In this document: in pieces, positions 58,808 through 64,000 of the stretch
How the letters are laid out: the number at the start of each line of letters is the position of its first letter
Numbering within the stretch: the first letter of the stretch is position 1
Source of the DNA: an uncultured Geobacter sp.
GTDB lineage: Bacteria; Desulfobacterota; Desulfuromonadia; Geobacterales; CAIOGM01
Assembly: GCA_903857795.1 (NCBI GenBank)
Contig: CAIOGM010000122.1
Location: 846 to 64,845 of the forward strand
DNA: 64,000 nucleotides
Reading direction: 5' to 3'
Translations under genes and position numbers: made by a program
Notes under the pieces: generated by a model
What the model was told of the DNA's origin: nothing
What the model saw: the letters and a program-made list of their open reading frames with translations, nothing else
Database searches by the model: none

Positions 58808-59112
58808 AACACCTTCTCCATCCTCTCGGTGGGGCTGACGATATCCACCAGCCGAACGCCGAACTTCTCGTTGACCACCACTGCCTCGCCCCGGGCGATC
58901 AGCTTGGAGTTCACATAGATGTCAAGGGGGTCCCCGGCGAGCTTGGAGAGTTCGACCACGGAGCCCTGATTCAACTTCAACACGTCCTTCACCAGCAGAT
59001 TGGCCCGCCCCAGCTCAACGGTCAGCTGAAGAGGAATATCGAGAATAAAGCTCAACTTCTGCATCTCGAGTTCCAGAGCAGCGACTTCCGCGTGTTCTGT
59101 TACTTCACTCAT
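58804..59112 (-). CDS. fliN: Motor switch protein FliN
   Basis: ILDIPL.LTVELG, GSVVEL.KLAG.P, GEAVVVNEKFGVR. Confidence 0.97.
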   Translation of the reverse strand: MSEVTEHAEVAALELEMQKLSFILDIPLQLTVELGRANLLVKDVLKLNQGSVVELSKLAGDPLDIYVNSKLIARGEAVVVNEKFGVRLVDIVSPTERMEKVL

Positions 59113-60094
59113 ATTCAGCCTCCCTGGTAATGCTGCGCAGTATCTGGACAGCCTTGTTGCCGCGATACACCCCCGGAGTTCCCACGAACTTGTTGACTCC
59201 GCCGATGTTCACCATCATGGGGCTCTGAACATCCTTGTCGAGCATGATGGTATCACCAAGCTCCAGGTGGAGCAGTTCGCGCATGGTGATGTTGGCATGC
59301 CCCATCTCCACGGTAACGCCCAGCGGTGCATCGCAGAGCTCCGTGGAGAGCTTGTACGTCCAGCGGGGATCGCTGGTCTCGGAATCGATCTGCGCCCCAT
59401 GCTTCAGCTTGTCCTTGAGAGGATCCACCGTCATGTAGGGGATGGCGAATACCATACTCCCCCGGGTGTTCTCCACCTGAATCTCCAACTCCATGGTCAC
59501 CACCAGGTACTCCGGCGGCACGATATTGACCAGCCGCGGGTTCGACTCCATGCGCAGCAGATTCATCTTGGTGTTGTGCTGGAGATGCAACCAGGCCTTT
59601 TCCAGATCAAGGAGCGCATCCTTCATGATCTTCTGCATGATCCGCAGCTCGATGGAGGTATAAATCCGGTTGGTCTCCATGATACTCGGGGCGCCGGTCC
59701 CCCCCAGGACGCTGTCGATGATGGCATAGACGAGATTGTTGTCCATGGCCAGCACCGAGGCCCCCTTCAGGGGATCGATGCGGAAGATCCCCATACAGAT
59801 CGTCGGCGACAGGGTCTTGAGAAAATCGTCAAATTTATACGGCCGCGCCCCGATCTTCTTGATCTCCACGATCTTGCGCAGGCGGTTCGACATGGAAACG
59901 CGATGATACCGGATGAAGCTGTCATAGACGATATCCAGGTTGGGCATCAACCCCTTGTGGGCCGTCGTGTTGAAGAGATCGTAGACGACGACCGAGCCCC
60001 GTTGACGCGCCAACTCCTTGTCGGGGTCGATACGCCCCTCGGAAACAGCGGTCAACAGTGCTTCGATTTCGTCCTTGGTAAGCAGCTTATCCAT
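59105..60094 (-). CDS. fliM: Motor switch protein FliM
   Basis: LTKDEIEALL, LGGTG, TSIE, SpoA-type C-terminus. Confidence 0.95.
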   Translation of the reverse strand: MDKLLTKDEIEALLTAVSEGRIDPDKELARQRGSVVVYDLFNTTAHKGLMPNLDIVYDSFIRYHRVSMSNRLRKIVEIKKIGARPYKFDDFLKTLSPTICMGIFRIDPLKGASVLAMDNNLVYAIIDSVLGGTGAPSIMETNRIYTSIELRIMQKIMKDALLDLEKAWLHLQHNTKMNLLRMESNPRLVNIVPPEYLVVTMELEIQVENTRGSMVFAIPYMTVDPLKDKLKHGAQIDSETSDPRWTYKLSTELCDAPLGVTVEMGHANITMRELLHLELGDTIMLDKDVQSPMMVNIGGVNKFVGTPGVYRGNKAVQILRSITREAEYE

Positions 60095-60114
60095 AAACTC
60101 CCCCCGACAGGCGG

Positions 60115-60627
60115 TTACTGAACCACGAAATCGGTGAAAAACACCTGAGTTACCTTGCCGCGGGGAAAGATCCGGACCGCCGAGGTCATGATCTCCTGCC
60201 TGAGACGGGTCTTGCCGGGGAGATCCTGAACGTCGGCCAGGGTCTTGGAGGTGAGGAGCATGAGAATCGAATCCCTGAGTTTGGGGAGGTAGGGATCGAA
60301 CTCGGCCTTCACCTCGGGTCCGGCCGCGATGACCTCGAACTCCAGCTTGACCTTCAGGTAGCGGACATCCGTGTTATCGCGAATATTGACAACAAACGGC
60401 TCCACGGGATAGAGGGCTGTCGCCTCATGTTTTTTGCTCGATGACTCCGCCTTCTTCCCCCCGGGTTGGTCAGCCGCCTCCCCTGCGGTGCTGTTCAGAT
60501 AAAAAGCGACGCCGCCGGCGATACAGGCCAACGCCACCAGAATCGCGGTTCCGATGATGATCAGCTTCTTCTTCCCCCCCTCCGGCTTTTCAACAGACTC
60601 TTCTTCATGCTCTTCGCCCTTGGCCAT
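60115..60627 (-). CDS. fliL: FliL
   Basis: Single TM, FVVNI, RYLK, GK.RLR.EI, FTDFVVQ. Confidence 0.95.
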   Translation of the reverse strand: MAKGEEHEEESVEKPEGGKKKLIIIGTAILVALACIAGGVAFYLNSTAGEAADQPGGKKAESSSKKHEATALYPVEPFVVNIRDNTDVRYLKVKLEFEVIAAGPEVKAEFDPYLPKLRDSILMLLTSKTLADVQDLPGKTRLRQEIMTSAVRIFPRGKVTQVFFTDFVVQ

Positions 60628-60712
60628 ACGTCACTCCTTGTTGTGGTATCCATGCAACCGCGGAATAATAAGCGTTATGGAGCAGGAGTACAACGAATAT
60701 ATAGAACTCCGT

Positions 60713-60727
60713 GCAACAGAAGTGCCA
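60713..60727 (-). promoter_or_regulatory. Sigma54 promoter for the fliL operon
   Basis: TGGCACTTCTGTTGC, consensus match. Confidence 0.85.
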
Positions 60728-60899
60728 GAGTTGCCGATGTGCTGCAAATAGATTTGCGGGGGAGGTGATTACTCCTCTTCCCTTGCGAATGCACCATTGA
60801 AGCAGGTGGAGCTAACCGGCTACGCCACTTTTTATGAGGAGGAGATAACAGAATCGGCAGGGAGGTGAAGTCAGTGTTTTGACAATGAGTGGAGAGATC

Positions 60900-60926
60900 A
60901 AAAAAAGGGCGGCTCGGAAGCCGCCC
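60900..60926 (-). terminator. Intrinsic terminator after flgE
   Basis: GGGCGGCT/AGCCGCCC stem with T7 tail on the minus strand. Confidence 0.85.
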
Positions 60927-60956
60927 CTGGTAAGGGTACTCACTGTCTCAGAAAAA

Positions 60957-61793
60957 TTACCGTACCATCTGGATCGCGTCGTTGGTCAGCTGGTCGTTGA
61001 CGGTAATGGTTTTGGAGTTGGCCGAATAAGCTCGCTGGGTGACGATCATGTTGACCATCTCCGCCGCCATGTCCACATTGCTCGACTCCAGGGAGTTGGC
61101 AACAATTTTTTCCGTCGGGGACAACCCCGCGCCTGCGAGGTTGGCGTAGACGAGAGGAGTGCCCGAGGTGGTGCTGGAGTTATAGAGAGATCCGCCCCCT
61201 TTCTGCAGCTCCGTGGGGACTTGGACCCTGACGAGACCGATTCTGCCGGAGCCCGTTACCGGAGCCAAGATAGTGGTGCCGGTGGTGTCAACAGCGGTGA
61301 TCTTGCCGGTGGAGTCGATTCCGGTAATCCTGCCGAATGTCGCCGGATTATAGCTTAGCCCCAATCCGGCATCATCCAGCACATTTTTTCCATCGGGATT
61401 GACCAGGTTACCCAATGCGTCCAGATTAAAAGCCCCGGCCCTGGTCAATTGAGCGGCAGCAGGGAGGGTAACTGGAGCAGGGCCTCCTGTCGCCGTGAGA
61501 TTGGCGACTGCGAAGAAGAGATTGTCCCCTTGAAGCGCCACATCGCTGACGTTAGCCGTTGTCTGGAGGGAGCCGCCAAAAAACTGATTCTCCACCTTCT
61601 GGACCTGGGTGCCGAGTCCGACCTGGGAGTTGTTGTGTCCGATATTCTGGGAGAGGAGATCGGAGAAGAGGGTGCGGGCGGCCTTGTACCCGGTGGTGTT
61701 GACGTTGGCGATGTTGTTGCTGATCACGCCCATGGCTTCGCTCTGGGCCTTCATTCCATTGACGCCGGTAAACAGTGCGGATGTGATGCTCAT
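60957..61793 (-). CDS. flgE: Hook protein FlgE, short form (278 aa)
   Basis: NNIANVNTTGYK..R..FSD, TRAGAF..D..G.LV, LESSNVD, QRAYSAN; follows flgD. Confidence 0.85.
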   Translation of the reverse strand: MSITSALFTGVNGMKAQSEAMGVISNNIANVNTTGYKAARTLFSDLLSQNIGHNNSQVGLGTQVQKVENQFFGGSLQTTANVSDVALQGDNLFFAVANLTATGGPAPVTLPAAAQLTRAGAFNLDALGNLVNPDGKNVLDDAGLGLSYNPATFGRITGIDSTGKITAVDTTGTTILAPVTGSGRIGLVRVQVPTELQKGGGSLYNSSTTSGTPLVYANLAGAGLSPTEKIVANSLESSNVDMAAEMVNMIVTQRAYSANSKTITVNDQLTNDAIQMVR

Positions 61794-61822
61794 GATATGC
61801 CTCCTTACGGCAAATTAGTAGC

Positions 61823-61875
61823 GGGATACCTCGGTCGGTCGGTACCCCCGGGCTTCCTTCTGGAGGTCCAGCCCG
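61823..61875 (-). promoter_or_regulatory. Two-hairpin structured leader of flgE
   Basis: mRNA strand: CGGGCT-GGACC-TCC-AGAA-GGA-AGCCCG then GGGGTACC-GACCGACCGA-GGTATCCC. Confidence 0.55.
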
Positions 61876-61895
61876 TTAAGTTCTGGTGTAAAGTC

Positions 61896-61975
61896 GGGGT
61901 TCTAGGTTCTAGGTTCTGGGTTCGATGTTCTGGGTTCGGGTTAGCTGCCAATTGTAAATTATTAATTGTTAATTA
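61896..61975. repeat. Degenerate heptamer tracts
   Basis: GGTTCTA/GGTTCTG/GGTTCGA units followed by AATTGTA/AATTATT/AATTGTT; similar GGGGTTC x3 at 29241. Confidence 0.65.
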
Positions 61976-61987
61976 GTCCATTGCTTG

Positions 61988-62371
61988 TCAAATGACTGCC
62001 ACTGAATCGATGTTGGTGATGACACTGCCAACCATACTCTTCCGGTCCATCGCCGTAATCACCGTCCGATTTGCCACACTGACCACGAAGGCTGTATCCC
62101 CCTGCATGATGAGTGATTCTCTCCCCCCCTTTTTCGCCACACTCTCCATGGCGCCAGCAAGACTCTTGAGGTCTGACTCGCTGAGGGTTATCCCCCGGGT
62201 TCGAAGCCGCTCCTGTGCATGCTGTGAAAACTTGATCCCCTCTGCCGGAAGTTTTGTATCCAGGATCTTGGCAAAGGGTGACGCCACCCCCGAAACAGCA
62301 CTCTTGGATTCTACCGGTTTCCTTGATGGCTGGATTACGAGTGGATCGGGGAAAAAAACCTTGTCGATCAC
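61988..62371 (-). CDS. TIGR02530-type flagellar operon protein
   Basis: KFSQHAQERL..RGI, KGGRESL, VS..NRTVITA, TNIDS; between flgD and flgE. Confidence 0.85.
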   Translation of the reverse strand: MIDKVFFPDPLVIQPSRKPVESKSAVSGVASPFAKILDTKLPAEGIKFSQHAQERLRTRGITLSESDLKSLAGAMESVAKKGGRESLIMQGDTAFVVSVANRTVITAMDRKSMVGSVITNIDSVAVI

Positions 62372-62377
62372 ATCATA

Positions 62378-63025
62378 TCACCCCCCTACCCCTATGACGT
62401 TGGCCAACGGCACGTTCCCCCCGGCACTCTGCAGCACCGGTGAACCTTGATTCATCGTCACTCCGGTCACGGCTCTCTTGACAAGGGAAGTCCCGTCGAA
62501 CGTACTCCCATAACTATTGACCCCGGTGACGGAGAACGTGTACGCTCCGGAAGCTGCCTGGGCGCCGGTACTATCCAACCCATCCCATGTCATGCTCCCG
62601 TTTCCGGTTGCCGCACTCCCTCCAGTCAGCACCCGGACGGTGCTTCCGGCGCTGTTCTTAATCGTCACCTTAACCGAGTCCGCCGCACTTCCGAGATTGT
62701 AATTGACTTGCGAAGCCGAACCCGAAGCCAGCTGAATATCCGATCCTTGGGCGGTGATCGTCTTGCCGATATACGACACTGCCGTCAGATTTGACTGTGC
62801 GGTCAGCAGATTCGTCAGATTGGTATTGGCATTGTACGCCTGCTCAACCTGGGTAAGCTGGGCCATCTGCGCCACCATCTGCGTACTGTCGGTCGGGTTC
62901 ATCGGATCCTGATTTTGCAACTGCGTGATAAACAGCTTCATGAAGTCGTCTTTGTTGAGACCGGTCGTCTTCTTCATATATGCCGCAGCGGCAGAGGTAT
63001 CATTTGTAACTGTTGAAATAGCCAT
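62378..63025 (-). CDS. flgD: Hook cap protein FlgD
   Basis: DDFMKLFITQLQNQDPMNP, WDG.D..G. Confidence 0.95.
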   Translation of the reverse strand: MAISTVTNDTSAAAAYMKKTTGLNKDDFMKLFITQLQNQDPMNPTDSTQMVAQMAQLTQVEQAYNANTNLTNLLTAQSNLTAVSYIGKTITAQGSDIQLASGSASQVNYNLGSAADSVKVTIKNSAGSTVRVLTGGSAATGNGSMTWDGLDSTGAQAASGAYTFSVTGVNSYGSTFDGTSLVKRAVTGVTMNQGSPVLQSAGGNVPLANVIGVGG

Positions 63026-63077
63026 ACATCTCACCTCCTTTCTTTTTGTAATCGAGAGACCTTATGCTATTCCTTTT

Positions 63078-63092
63078 GCATCAGTAGTGCCA
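63078..63092 (-). promoter_or_regulatory. Sigma54 promoter for flgD-flgE
   Basis: TGGCACTACTGATGC. Confidence 0.75.
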
Positions 63093-63261
63093 GTTACACA
63101 ATCTATTTAAAATTTCTTTTTATCACATAAAAATGTTGTAAATCGGTCAGTTCTGTTGAATTTCTCTGGCAGAGTCCACTGTTTTCAGTTTCCTGTCGTA
63201 ATCCTGAATCAAGCCTTGTCAGGTTCTTGACAACATATCGGAAATCATGACTCCCGGATCG

Positions 63262-63999
63262 TCACGCCACGAGGTTAATCAGCGAATTTTCCCTGTCGTC
63301 ATCAACCTGGCTTACTCGTGAGGTCGGCATATCCACAGGTTCGATCTTCCGGACCGTTTGCCGGGGGACATCGTTGCGCTGTGTACCGGCATCATCCCGG
63401 AACGTCTGATTTGAGCCTTGCCCACCCCCGGCACCCGTGGAGACATCGAAGCGCTCCATGGTGAACTGCTGTTTCGACAGGGTCTCCTTGAGGCTCTCCA
63501 TATTGTTCATCAACGCCTCCCGCACCGTCCGGTTTTCGCTGATGATCTCCACCTTCAACCGATGATCCTCCATCCGCACATTGATGGTCAGTTCGCCCAG
63601 TTCATCCGGGCTGAGCCGCAGTGAAATCCGGCCGCTTCCTTTGGCGTCATGCCGCACCTCGGCCTGTTTCACCTGAGAGAGAATGCTCTCCTTGAGAGCG
63701 CTCTTCAGGTCGACCTCAGCCGCCGGAGTCGCCACGGAAAGCGGTTCCCGCGTCTCCGGAGAATGGGGAGAGGTCATGTTGAATGCCTGAATATGTTCCC
63801 GGTTTTTATCCTTCTCCTGGGAGGCAGGCCGGTCATTCCCATCGGAAGTTGCATTATCTCCGGTTGAAGATGGGTCGGTAAAGGTGACGTCCATCTTGGC
63901 GACAGGAACGGTCCCATCGCTGACGCTCGCGCGCTGCAGGGGGGACGCTTCATTTTTTTCGATACCGGCTGGATTCCCCATTCGAGAAGATCGGGCTGC
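63262..63999 (-). CDS. fliK: Hook-length control protein FliK, C-terminal part (truncated by window edge)
   Basis: LRLSPDELGEL.I, L...MESLKETL..Q; frame open to the edge. Confidence 0.88.
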   Translation of the reverse strand, partial: AARSSRMGNPAGIEKNEASPLQRASVSDGTVPVAKMDVTFTDPSSTGDNATSDGNDRPASQEKDKNREHIQAFNMTSPHSPETREPLSVATPAAEVDLKSALKESILSQVKQAEVRHDAKGSGRISLRLSPDELGELTINVRMEDHRLKVEIISENRTVREALMNNMESLKETLSKQQFTMERFDVSTGAGGGQGSNQTFRDDAGTQRNDVPRQTVRKIEPVDMPTSRVSQVDDDRENSLINLVA

Positions 64000-64000
64000 T

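Noticed and set aside
61805-61875. c-di-GMP-I/cGAMP riboswitch before flgE
   Set aside because: GGCAAA is on the wrong strand and the GNRA/receptor architecture is absent; reported instead as an unknown structure

Overview
Geobacteraceae/Desulfuromonadia-type flagellar super-cluster (taxon inferred from gene content and order). The right half (39954-64000, minus strand) is a near-complete flagellar set: fliK'-flgD-TIGR02530-flgE, fliLMNOPQR-flhB, a hemerythrin, flhA-flhF-flhG-fliA, flgFGAHI, flgJMNKL-csrA-fliW. The left half (1-32327) has two tandem flagellins, fliD/fliS, flbD-motAB and about ten glycosyltransferases plus glycan-tailoring enzymes (B12 radical SAM, sugar O-methyltransferase, RmlD-like, cupin, FkbH-like), i.e. 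a flagellin glycosylation island, with two toxin-antitoxin modules (one toxin dead). Several sigma54 and sigma28 promoters can be read directly. The most interesting element is a five-gene module divergent from fliC (32640-39487): corrinoid protein, non-canonical MtaA/UroD-family protein, Cys-rich DUF1638-like histidine kinase, GAF-PAS kinase and REC-HD-GYP-like regulator. It is a candidate cobalamin/methyl-transfer sensing pathway. Also notable: a structured GACC-repeat leader between the TIGR02530 gene and flgE, a nested domain triplication in FliD, and nested intergenic palindromic repeats. No rRNA, tRNA, CRISPR array or transposase was seen. Family assignments come from motif recognition by eye, not database searches.
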